A DNA stretch of 64,000 nt, from the NCBI GenBank assembly GCA_950097015.1, contig CATNEN010000038.1, positions 20,770,001-20,834,000 of the forward strand. The letters are read 5' to 3'. This DNA is from Macrostomum hystrix (taxonomy: Eukaryota > Animalia > Platyhelminthes). A model generated the notes under the pieces. That model made no database searches. It saw only the letters and a list, made by a program, of their open reading frames with translations, and had not been told where the DNA came from. Shown here one piece after another: positions 1 through 12,000 of this stretch. Numbering within the stretch: the stretch's first letter is position 1; the number at the start of each line of letters is the position of its first letter. The translations under genes were made by a program, and so were the position numbers.

Positions 1-11
1 AAAGTTCTCAC

Positions 12-3000
12 ATCGAGCAGTCGCGAGACCCTGAGGATTTTACCAACATCTCTGCTGAACAGCGTTGCGCATAGCCCATACTTTACCGAGTTGGCACGCT
101 TAACGACCTGTAAGAATACAATTTTGATACCTGCATTGTTATGAAAGATCATTTCACAATAGAAAAAAAGTTCACTAAGATGGATATTTTAATCATGCAT
201 TTTATCAATGCTAACATCGACAAAAAACTGTCTTATGTCACGCGCAGACATATCGGATTTCTTATTGATATTAACAATGCTCAGTGCGTGATGGATTAAC
301 AAAAAGTTGCCCCTAAATACTCTATGTAAGATTCTAGAAATAAGTGGAATCAATGGAGCCGCCAACGAGCCAAGAGACGATGAGAAGAATGCGTGAGACT
401 GCGGATGAGATGATGAGAAAATCTGAGATACAGATTAGACGATGAGAAAATTTATGAGATACAGATTAGACGATGAGAAAATTTATGAGATACAGATTAG
501 ACGATGAGAAAATTTATGAGATACAGATTAGACGATGAGAAAATTTATGAGATACAGATTAGACGATGAGAAAATTTATGAGATACAGATTAGACGATGA
601 GAAAATTTATGAGATACAGATTAGACGATGAGAAAATATATGAGATACAGATTAAACGATGAGAAAATTTATGAGATACAGATTAGACGATGAGAAAATT
701 TATGAGATACAGATTAGACGTTGAGAAAATTTATGAGATACAGATTAGACGATGAGAAAATTTATGAGACTACAGATTAGACGATGAGAAAATTTATGAG
801 ATACAGATTAGACGTTGAGAAAATTTATGAGATACAGATTAGACGATGAGAAAAGTTTTGAGACTACAGATGTCCGTGAAATGATGAAAAATTGTACCGA
901 TTATTAAGATGAACTCTCCTACTCGCCATTTCAAACTGATCTGCAAGATAAGTAGATTTTTTAAAGCAGAGCACCATATTACCTTTGAAAATAATCTAAA
1001 ATAATTGAGTAAATTTGAGCCCATAAATATGGCTCGGCTCAAATGACACCATTAGACTGGTCATGGCATCAGACTAATAATTTGTTTATGCACAATTTTA
1101 GACCGCCGTTTCATAGAAACTATCCATTAGGCACCGGTTAAGGAGGTTGTAGCCTTGTGGTTAGAGCGGCGGCCTCACGACTTGAAGGTCGGGGGTTCAA
1201 TTCTTGACTTCACTGGAAACATTTGTGTCCTTTACAAATAGGCCCCGGTTATTAGGCCTCGGTTTTAAGAGTCAGAATGCACAGCGATACAAATTTTCGA
1301 AGCTTAATTCCTCAGTATTTTTTTCCTTCAACTAATTATAAAGGTGGCAAAGCCTCATATGATTTGAACCTGTCCACCCGGATTAGCAAATAGAAAGTTG
1401 CAGCCGAGTTAGCAGCTTGCCAATCAAACAGGAAATTGGCAACAATATCGGCTTTGACTTCATCGACTGCAACTTTTCCACCTATAGTTTCCGCGTGTTT
1501 GGCTATGTCTGCTCACTTTTTTGTTTAACTTGGGTCTGCATCAGCTGCATCAGCAGATTAAAATTAAACAAATGAAAATTCTCGAAATTGGTTCAGTGTC
1601 ATGTAACCAGAATCCCTCTGCAAACTGCAAAAATTCTAATGCCTACGCGAAAAAATCCCAATCCAAAAGAAACAGCGAAACACGTTGTCAATGCATTCCC
1701 AGCTCAGTTGGCTTTTAATTTCCGTCAAATTATTTTGCTGACTAAGTCGCACTAGATCCCAAAGCGACTGAGTCTCATCACTATCTATTCCAATTCACAC
1801 AGAATATAATCCCATTTACCATTTACAATCCCATCCTCATTGAATCCCATCCTCATTGAATCCCATCCTCATTGAATCCCATCCTCACTGTATCCCATCC
1901 TCATCGAATCCCATCCTCATTGAATCCCATCCTCATTAAGTCCCATCCTCATTAAGTCCCATCCTCATTGAATCCCATCCTCATTGAATCCCATCCTCAT
2001 TGTATCCCATCCTCATTAAGTCCCATCCTCATTGAATCCCATCCTCATTGAATCCCATCCTCATTGTATCCCATCCTCACTGTATCCCATCCTCATCGAA
2101 TCCCATCCTCATTGAATCCCATCCTCATTGAATCCCATCCTCATTAAGTCCCATCCTCATTGAATCCCATCCTCATTGAATCCCATCCTCATTGTATCCC
2201 ATCCTCATTAAGTCCCATCCTCATTGAATCCCATCCTCATTGAATCCCATCCTCATTGAATCCCATCCTCATTAAGTCCCATCCTCATTGAATCCCATCC
2301 TCATTGAATCCCATCCTTATTTTGGATTCCATCCTCATTGAATCCCATCCTCATTGAATCCCATCCTCATTGAATCCCATCCTTATTTTGGATTCCATCC
2401 TCATTGAATCCCATCCTCATTGAATCCCATCCTTATTTTGGATTCCATCCTCATTGAATCCCATCCTCATTGAATCCCATCCTCATTGAATCCCATCCTC
2501 ATTGAATCCCATCCTCATTGAATCCCATCCTTATTTTGGATTCCATCCTCATTGAATCCCATCCTCATTGAATCCCATCCTCATTGAATCCCATCCTCAT
2601 TGAATCCCATCCTTATTTTGGATTCCATCCTCATTGAATCCCATCCTCATTGAATCCCATCCTCATTGAATCCCATCCTCATTGAATCCCATTTAATGGG
2701 ATGAAAAAAATGATAGGACTCTCATTAAATCCAATCCACAATGAAGCCTTTCCAAATCGAATCCTATCCTCAAAAAAACTCATTAACACGAAATCCTATC
2801 CTCACATTTTACCATCTTCCCAAAGAGTCCAATATTCCTTTCATAATCCCATACTCGTTAAATCCCATGCAGACAAAGCTTATTGTTCACTTAGTCAAAT
2901 CCCAGATCCCACCCTAAGAGTAGGGTTCCGTGAAATTTCTTTCAGAAGGATCAAGTCCCAAAAATGCCAACCTCACCTCAGCCTCAGAATCGAACGGCAC

Positions 3001-6000
3001 AACGCAGGTGACGGGCCCGAAGATCTCGTCCCGCATGCAGGGCGCTTCGTCGTCCAATCCGCGAACGCCGTCGCCGACAATGACAGTCGGGCGAACGTAG
3101 TAGCCGCCAGAGAGTTCGGCGGGCAGTTGCAGTCGGTCTCCAGGAATCTCGCCGCATAGAATTCTGCCCCCGCTGGTTGGCGCCGACTCAATGTAGCCGA
3201 GAATTTTCTGTCGATGCTCGGCGCTAACAACTGCGCCTAGCTTGTTGGCCGGGTCTCGTCGATCCCCAACCCGCCATTTGCTGCGTTTTTGCAGTGAAAA
3301 TTTACTTCGATTTTTTAAGATTATTTGCGCGTTATCTACTTTAAGTAATACGGAAGAAATATTGCAGTATTAATTGTGAGAATCATCAAACCTTGTTTCA
3401 CTTTCAATCGAGAAAAGTGTCTAACAGTTTTCTAAATGTGTCCAACAGTTTTTTAAATGTGCTTAACAGTTTTCTAAATGTGCTTAACAGTTTTCTAAAT
3501 GTGCTTAACAGTTATCTAAATGCGTTTAACAGTTGTCTAAATGCGTTTAACAGTTTTCTAAATGTTTGATAGTTTTCTCCATGTGTTTAACAGTTTTCTA
3601 AATGTGTTTAACAGTTTTCTAAAGTGTCCAACGATTTTCTAAATGTGTCGAACAGATTTCTAAATGTGTTTAACAGGTTTCCTAAATGTGTTTAATAGTT
3701 TCTAAATGTGTTTAACAGGTTTCCTAAATTTGTTTCATAGTTTCTAAATGTGTTTAACAGTTTTCTAAATGTGCTTAACATGTTTCACAATGTGTTTAAC
3801 AGTTCTCTAAATGTGTTTAATAGTTTTCTAATGATTAATAGTTATGTAAACGTGTTTAACAGAACTCTAAATGTGTTTAACAGGTTTCTAAAACTGTTTA
3901 ATAGTATTCTTGATGTGTCCAAGAGTTTTCTAAATGTTTTTAACAGTTTCCGAAATGTGTTTAACATTTTTTCTATGTGTTTTACAGTTTTCTAAATGTG
4001 TCTAATATAAGTTTTAAAAATGTGTTTAACAGGTTTCTTAAAAGTGTTTAGCAGTTGAAAATAGTTCTCTGCTGCTGGGGTGGAATTAGTTCTTTGCTGC
4101 TGGGGGGAATTAGTTCTTTGCTGCTGGGGGGAATTAGTTCTTTGCTGCTGGGGGGAATTAGTTCTTTGCTGCTGGGGGGAATTAGTTCTTTGCTGCTGGG
4201 GGGAATTAGTTCTCTGCTGCTGGGGGGAATTAGTTCTCTGCTGCTGGGGGGAATTAGTTCTTTGCTGCTGGGGTGGAATTAGTTCTCTGCTGCTGGGGTG
4301 GAATTAGTTCTTTCCTGCTGGGGGGAATTAGTTCTCTGCTGCTGGGGGGAATTAGTTCTTTGCTGCTGGGGGGAATTAGTTCTCTGCTGCTGGGGGGAAT
4401 TAGTTCTCTGCTGCTGGGGTGGAATTAGTTCTTTGCTGCTGGGGGGAATTAGTTCTCTGCTGCTGGGGGGAATTAGTTCTCTGCTGCTGGGGTGGAATTA
4501 GTTCTTTGCTGCTGGGGGGAATTAGTTCTCTGCTGCTGGGGGGAATTAGTTCTCTGCTGCTGGGGTGGAATTAGTTCTCTGCTGCTGGGGGGGAATTAGT
4601 TCTTTGCTGCTGGGGTGGAATTAGTTCTTTGCTGCTGGGGGAATTTGTTCTCTGCTGCTGGGGGGAATTAGTTCTTTGCTGCTGGGGGGGGGCTTAGTGT
4701 GCTAGTATTAAAGCTAAATATCAAATAGAAATAAAATACGTTTTTACACATTCACATTAGCTATTGAGTCTTGCGTAAAAATCTAAAGCAGGAAATAAAC
4801 AGCATCACAAATCTCATCTGAGCGTCACCAAACTACCAATTCGATCTCATTTATCTAAAAAACCGTGGTTTATTAGCTCAAATCTGGAACGGATAAGACT
4901 TATGAAAAAAGGTAACAAAAATAATAAATACAACTCACGAAGTCTCCTCGATAAACAGTTGCAGAAACTCATTATAGATCCCTCGCTCAACAAAGATACG
5001 ACTCGTGCACAGACAGATTTCGCCCTGATTGGTGAAGCTCGACCTAAACACGAAAGTACAAATTTATACAATAATATTGTTGCTTAGAGGCTCTCAAAGT
5101 ACAATTACACGTGACGGACTGACCTGACGCAGGTTTCAACCGTTGATGTCAGATCGCAATCAGCAAATACAATGGCCGCGTTTTTTCCGCCTAACTGTTT
5201 AACAAAGAAAGTTGAAAAATGAATTTCTATTGTGAGAAATTGAAATATGACACGTAGGGGGGTCGGTGGCAGAGCGGTTAACGCGTTTGCCACTCGCACC
5301 AAGGTCCCTAAGTTCGATTCCACGGCGAGGCCATATTTATTTAGGGCGCAGCCGCGGAGAGAAGGCTTGGGGGCTTGTCGTGCAATTTACGCCCTTGAGG
5401 GCCAACCTCCAAGGCACAGTGAGAGTGTACACTGCCTGACGATGAGAAAGTCAGGGCAGATGTACACACCTGTGTGAGCGTATGCCTGCGTACGGTATCT
5501 GTGTGCGTGTGTGCTCAGGAGTCAGCGAAATGGGCAGAATTGCCTCCTCGCTGGCTGCGGGTCTAGTGTCACCAAATGATGCGTCATTGCCCACAGCCCT
5601 CCTGCAATTTTTATTTTTATTATTATTACTGGCCAACTAAGAAGCTAGGGAACATGTAATCAGACCAACTGACTATATACCTTATACCTGACAGTCTGTG
5701 GGACTAGCTGACCTTATACCTGCCAATCTGTGGGACTAGCTGGCCGTATACCTGACAATCTGTGGGACTAGCTGACGTTATACCCTGTCCCTTGATCGTG
5801 GGACTGTGAGCTCAAACCTCAAGCGACAGTTTTTTGATCATCGGAGCCGTAAGCGCTTGAATTCGCGAGCCAATCAGGGTGCTGCCAGTGAAGGACAAAG
5901 CGGGCACCAGCGGATGCAGCACCAGAGCTTCGCCCGCGGTGGCGCCCCTGCCGAAGACCATGTTGACAACGCCTGGTGGCAGGCCGGCATCCGACATCAG

Positions 6001-9000
6001 CTGACAGAGTCGCCAGGCGGTCACGGAGGTCAGCTCGCTCGGTTTGCACACGGCTGTGTTGCCTTGTTATTTTCGTGCGATTGACATAAAAAAAGTTAGT
6101 TCTGCGTCATGTTACTTTCATAAGTAGGCTCTCTAGTCCAGTGTTTTCATTGTTTCATAATCACACCCAACCCAGTAGGGATAGAGGTACAGTGAAGCCG
6201 CTAACTGCCACTCAGCCATGTAAAATAAAAAAGCTATAAAGTTTCGAAGCTTAAAATGATCGATAATAGTTTCTGAATAGTCTCAGTGTATTTCATTCAA
6301 TTCTTCGCAGTTAGCTTCAAGCAGTTGGATAACGTGAGAACATCGTGGAGCAGTTCAAACAGCTCGAAAACTGTGAGCAGGGAGCACCCGAGGTACAGGC
6401 CAAGAGCGCTCCCAATGTCCGCGATGAACTGCGTGAGCCGATAGTCCAGCCTGAATGTCGTCAGCGAGCTGTGCGTGGCTTCCGCTCTCAGCGTGACACT
6501 GACAGCTGCCCTCTGGAAGTACCTCGAGATCCCATCCTCTAAACTGATCACATTATTCCGATCAGCATAGTTCATTGTTCTCACGGCGGTATCCAGTGAT
6601 CGGAAATCCGCTCGATACACGCCATCGAGCAGCGATCTCAGGATGTTATCAACCAGCCGAATCAGACTGGCCTGATTGGGCCATAGTCCAAATGATGACG
6701 TCACAGAGTAGGTGCGACGCCTGCAGAGCCGCTTGCCAGCGCAGGCCTGATCCCAAGTGTTGTTGCCGCTGTCCGCATCCAGACGAGCCTTCACTGCCGC
6801 CTTCATGTTTCTATGAATATTTTCCACAGTCCCAGCAGCCGTGAGGTTCAGGCACAGGGCCAGGTGTCTGAATTGCCAGGGTGTCGGATCAGGCTTAGGG
6901 CTGCAGTTGTACCTCTGCTGCATGTCTCTGGCGATCTCAGAGTAGTAGCAGTGGGCCTCGCTGTAGCTGAATGCGTCCGCTGAACCGCTGTACGGGTTCA
7001 GGAACAGAGCCGGATCGTGCTGATCGATGCACTGGTTGGGGAAGTCTTCGGGAGTCATCTGGGCGTCTCTCATTGAAATTGCCAGGTCGTATGCCCTGCC
7101 AGGTGCCAAGCTAATCACCGTGGAGGTCAGCCGCGACGGATACTGACCTCTGGAGGTCAGGTAGAGGTACATGCCGCTGCCTCTGTCGAATCCCAATGGG
7201 TTCTCCAGGTCCCAGTCGAATGGGTAGATGTAAGTCGGATGGCCGGATATTAAAACCATCGAGTTTGGCAGCCGGCTATCGCCAGGTGACATAAAACCAA
7301 GTATATCAAACTGGTAGAAGTGCGGGTCGAGCAGCAGGTTCAGCTTCAGCCTGCTGTTTGTGTCTTGCATCTTCGCCAGCTCAGTGGGAGTTAAAGCTAG
7401 CTTGAAACACTTCAGGTGGTTCGGATGGTACAGGGTTTCAACCGCAACAGGTGACCTGAGCAGACTCTCTGAGCCTGCCGTGAAGATGCCAAAGTTGCCG
7501 TAGAATGTCTGCAGCTTTCTCTGGCCCACAATGTCTGCGAGAAGTTTGTACTTCAGCGACTGAATCGAGCTGAGAAGCTTGAATTCACTGAAAGTAGAAT
7601 TTTCTGACTCCGATGCATTCAGGGATTTGAGCACTTGATCGAATTTGGCTTGAGCAGCACTGAAAGGAACATTAACCTGGTCGGCCTCGGACTTGTTCAA
7701 CAGGTAAATGAAAGATCCGGCTGCCTGCAGGCTGTTGCAGAAGTAGACGTCCGGAAACTCAAAGCGAACCTTCTCCGCCTGGAACTCGGACTGCACCTTG
7801 GGAGAGTTGAGTCGCGCCACGTAGGCTACGCAGCTGTTGAGCATCAGGCCCAAGAAGCCGAGAAACGCCAGCAGCCAGAAAAGCCTCAGAGCTGCGCTTC
7901 GGCTAGCGGGGGCCACCCTGCAGATGGCGTGAGCTGTTGAGTTGGCCACGGCCTCCCTCACAATCTCTGACAAAGGCAGTCGTGTGTCAGCAGTCATCTC
8001 TGCTACCTGCGGCTGGGCAGCCAATGGTTACTTGGACATTAGGAGTAATTGGGATAACTTTCAGGAATATATGCCCTAGTTTTGTTTGCTCTCACTAAAA
8101 GCTTGATGACGATTTATCCCAAATAGCAAATGTAAATGACAAGCAACTCCGTTAGCTGCATGGGCTCTAGTGCATGGAGACTGTGAGAAGTATTTCCGTT
8201 TCCATTACTACCATTACTGGCAATTGTGGGTAGTTCAGTTTGTCGTACGCAGAGTCAATTGTGTCCTATGTTCTATTTAGTTTGCATAGCCATGCCAACT
8301 ACAACAGAGGACAAAAGCTCAGAATCTCACCTAGTGTTTTAGGCGAGCTCTAGGATAGGCAAACAGAAACCATGAGGCCATAAGTCTCAACCAATGCATT
8401 ATTTTTTACTGTAACAGAACTTGATAAGGAATATAAACGAATGTATCGAAATCATGGATGAATAATATAACTGGATCGCCAGAAGCTCGATTTTTTTGGT
8501 CCTAGCCATAGACAAGCACCAGCATCACAAGAAGCTCAGAATGCCGTACTTTCACACATAGACAAATTGCCGCTGCAGAAGCTGCAAACCTTTATTTATA
8601 AGTATACTTAGTAGGATAAGTGAAACTATTGCAAATGTGAAGGCAAGCAAAGAAGAAAACGAATATGTAAGGGAATTAATACAAAACAGACACGAAAGCA
8701 GGCAAGTAAGCAAACAAGCACGTAGACAGACAGCAAACAAACAAACAATAAAAGGCGAAAACAAACAGCCAAATGAGTTGCAAGCAAACCGCGCAAGACA
8801 AAGGAGAGTCAAGTAAAGACAATAAATTCAAGGCGTCACCCGCACAATGCTAATTTGAAGTCACTGACCCATGAAAATAATTTTTTTTGTTAGCATCTGA
8901 CGCACAGTTGTTGTGTTCACAGCGTTAAGCCTCCGAAGTACATGCCGCAACCGAATGCAAAGATATTTCTTAGAAATCGCTTGCTCCTCCCATGAGCCTG

Positions 9001-12000
9001 CATGTCTCGCTGCTCGAAGTGCAGCTCACAAAGGAACTTACGAGCTCCGAATTTGAAATGTGGCTTTGCTTGCACATTGCTGTTCCACTGCGCTAGTCGA
9101 TACGGATCACCGATTGGATAAGAAAAAAGGGTGACAGGTTTCGTGCCTTGTCCACTTTTGGATAGGCATCCGATTGCAGCACAAATTCTGACGTCCTTAT
9201 TCATCTCGCGAAGCCATCTTTTGCCGCCCTGCATATATTGCGAGCATGTGCTTGGACATAAAATGGAATATTTCATAAATAAAGGTTTCTGCAGCGGCAA
9301 TTTGTCTATGTGTGAAAGTACGGCATTCTGAGCTTCTTGTGATGCTGGTGCTTGTCTATGGCTAGGACCAAAAAAATCGAGCTTCTGGCGATCCAGTTAT
9401 ATTATTCATCCATGATCGAAATATCTCATAAAAATCAAGTTTAACTTCCGTCGCAGAACTTATAGAAATGCCTTTTACAGATAACTACTCCAAAGTATAT
9501 GTTTGGCATGTAAACAGGCATCTGGACAAACAGTTCCTGCTCAAGTAACGGATCGAGTCTGAGCCGCTAGAGCCGTCTTTGTGGAAGCCCTAGATCATCG
9601 AGATGATGGTCGAAGTCAGTTTGATGGTCCGCACTGAGAACCAGCAGCTTGTCTGTGCTCAGGTGCTCCAGGCAACGGACGTCAAAGGGCGAATGCTGTA
9701 GGCCTCATGTGTAGCTCCATGTTGAACTTTTGCACATAGTAGCAACTAGTACCTCTCGAGTTAAGACCTCACTACCATAAATACGTAGGGTCTCAATTCA
9801 ACAATCCGGCGCCAGCCACAGTAAGTGCTGAAGCCCTCGCACAACGAGGAATCCGGAGCGGCTGCGAACTTCGCTCGTCGAGGACCAGCAGCAGGTGAAC
9901 TTGGCGATGCTGCATTTGCTGCCCGAGTACTAACTTATTGTTTTCTGATACATTAGCATAGCAGCTCCAGGAGCAAGTACAATACTTTGACATTATTTAT
10001 TCCAACCATCCGGCAAAGATTTCCGAGTCCAAAAACCGTCCAAAAGCCGTGAGAAGCTCACGGCCTCCTGACGGAGAGTGTCACTCTGCACAATGAACAG
10101 CTTGATGATGAGGCAGTGAACAGGACAGCAGTCAGCATCCTTGGCGCTTTGCTGATTGGTCACCTCCAGCAGATGACGGAAGTAGTCGAGAGCCAGACTG
10201 CAGCATGCCAGCTCGATGAGAGCCGCGCGAAGGCATCTCCGTCGGCTGCGGCCGCGACTGTCTCGCTGGCGTCAGTGCAGATGCTGTCAGGCGCAGAGTA
10301 CATTGTGTCCAATGTTCTCTTTAGTTTAGGCAAATAGAGACTCCAGAGTGTCACCATGAGCAAATAAAAATACTTTATTTGCCATTACGAGTAGTTGAAA
10401 AATAGTTGAATATTTGAGTTTATTGATACCATATAGTTGAGTTTGCATTACTGATAATGTAGGATTGAAATTGTATTTAATTAACAAACTGACCAGACTG
10501 CATTGAGCAAAATTGAGACTAGAGTTCTCACAAAACTGTTCGCAAATATCGGCATTAGTTGCGTTGAAATAGCTGAAATAATTTGGTTCCGGAGGTACAT
10601 GGAAAAGTATCTCATTAGTATACCTTTTAACAATTTTTTGGACATAAGTGAAGCTTATTTGGTCCTTGGCCAGCTCAGTCCTAGAAAAGTGAGTTTGATT
10701 TAGTCAGCAATCGGAGTTTACCGTAGACAATAGTGAGAAGTGAAATCGATTTAGTCAAGTGCCGCGTTTTTAAACCGTTCCATGACTTGATTTTAGTCAA
10801 AGTGAATTTTATTTAGTCATCATGGCGGCAGCTGTAGGCATTCGCAGAGTTACAATCTCTGAACAGGACCGGCGAAGACTCATCGACGCCTTTTTGGCAA
10901 TGTCGATTGGCAGCAACTAGCGAGACAGCTAAACATTCCACGTCAGTCTGCCAGAAATGTTATCGTTAAATACGAACAAAGTGGACGCGTATCGGCATTG
11001 AGACGAGGAGGAAATAAGCAAAAAGCTTTAACTGAAGCTATGCTCGACAGCCCTGTTGAATTTGTTGGTGAAACACCATGACGCTCAATGACATGCGGCA
11101 GCTAGGCGACAGGAACGCTGCCAACGCACTTGGCATCAATCTACAAGAACACCGCGCCCTGGAGCGCGAACTGGAGGCGAGTATGGCAGCTGTCACACAG
11201 CCTCACTGCGAAGCCTGGCATCGTGAGAGCGTTCGGTACATACCCCGCTGCATTGCCATGGAAGACATTGTTGATTAAATTGAAAAGGGGAAGTGTCGTG
11301 ACATAAAGTTTTTGGATTGTGTTGTTCTTGTTTAAGCTTTCGTCTCATGGCTATAACGACTAAATAAAATTCACTTTGACCTAATAAAAGTTAAAAAAAA
11401 GACGGATTTATAGGGACTTGACTAAATCGATATCATTTCTTTACTCTTGTCTACGGTAAACCCCGAGTGCTGACTAAATCAAACTCACTTTTCTAGGACT
11501 GAGCTGGCCAAGGACTAAATAAACTTCATTTATGTCCAAAAAATTGTTAAAATGTATATTTGCGAGCTGAAAAAATTGAAACCACGCAGACTCTGGCGTT
11601 TGGTGACATTTGGCGACAGTAAGACCCGCAACCAGCGAGGAGGCAGGCTCTCTCACTGCAGGTGCGTTAGATACTGGCCTCAAGGGAGTAAATTGCACGA
11701 AAAGCCCCCAAGCCTTCTCTCCTCGGCTGCGCTCCAAATAAATGTGATTTAAAAAGTCCTTCCAGTTTGCTTAGTAAACGTCTTACGCCAAAATGACCAA
11801 GCGATGATAATTTACTAATACAAGTGTATAATATCAAATTGAAACTAGCTCGCATCATGCTATGACCATTCCTCACATAACCTAAACTCAGACGATGAAT
11901 TAAAACAAGCAAGAAAATAATAAGAAACGAACCTGCAGCCAGGCAAGGCGCTAATTTGAACGTCAGTAAGTACAGCGGCAGGTTCCATGGCGATATGAGG

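Noticed and set aside
880-1720. Transposon-like AT-rich sequence around the SINE head
   Set aside because: No TIR pair or TSD could be defined.
5436-5452. CTGACGA..GAAA as a hammerhead ribozyme core
   Set aside because: Only 3 nt separate the two core boxes (no stem II) and the segment is locked in a simple hairpin.
5540-5600. GCCTCCTCGCTGGC in SINE B matches the P3/L3 segment of the genomic HDV ribozyme
   Set aside because: No GG for P1.1 after a 7-nt P1 strand, no P2 abutting P3 and no J4/2 could be built, and the same bases pair better as a simple 3' stem-loop. An RNArobo or Infernal HDV-like search would settle it.
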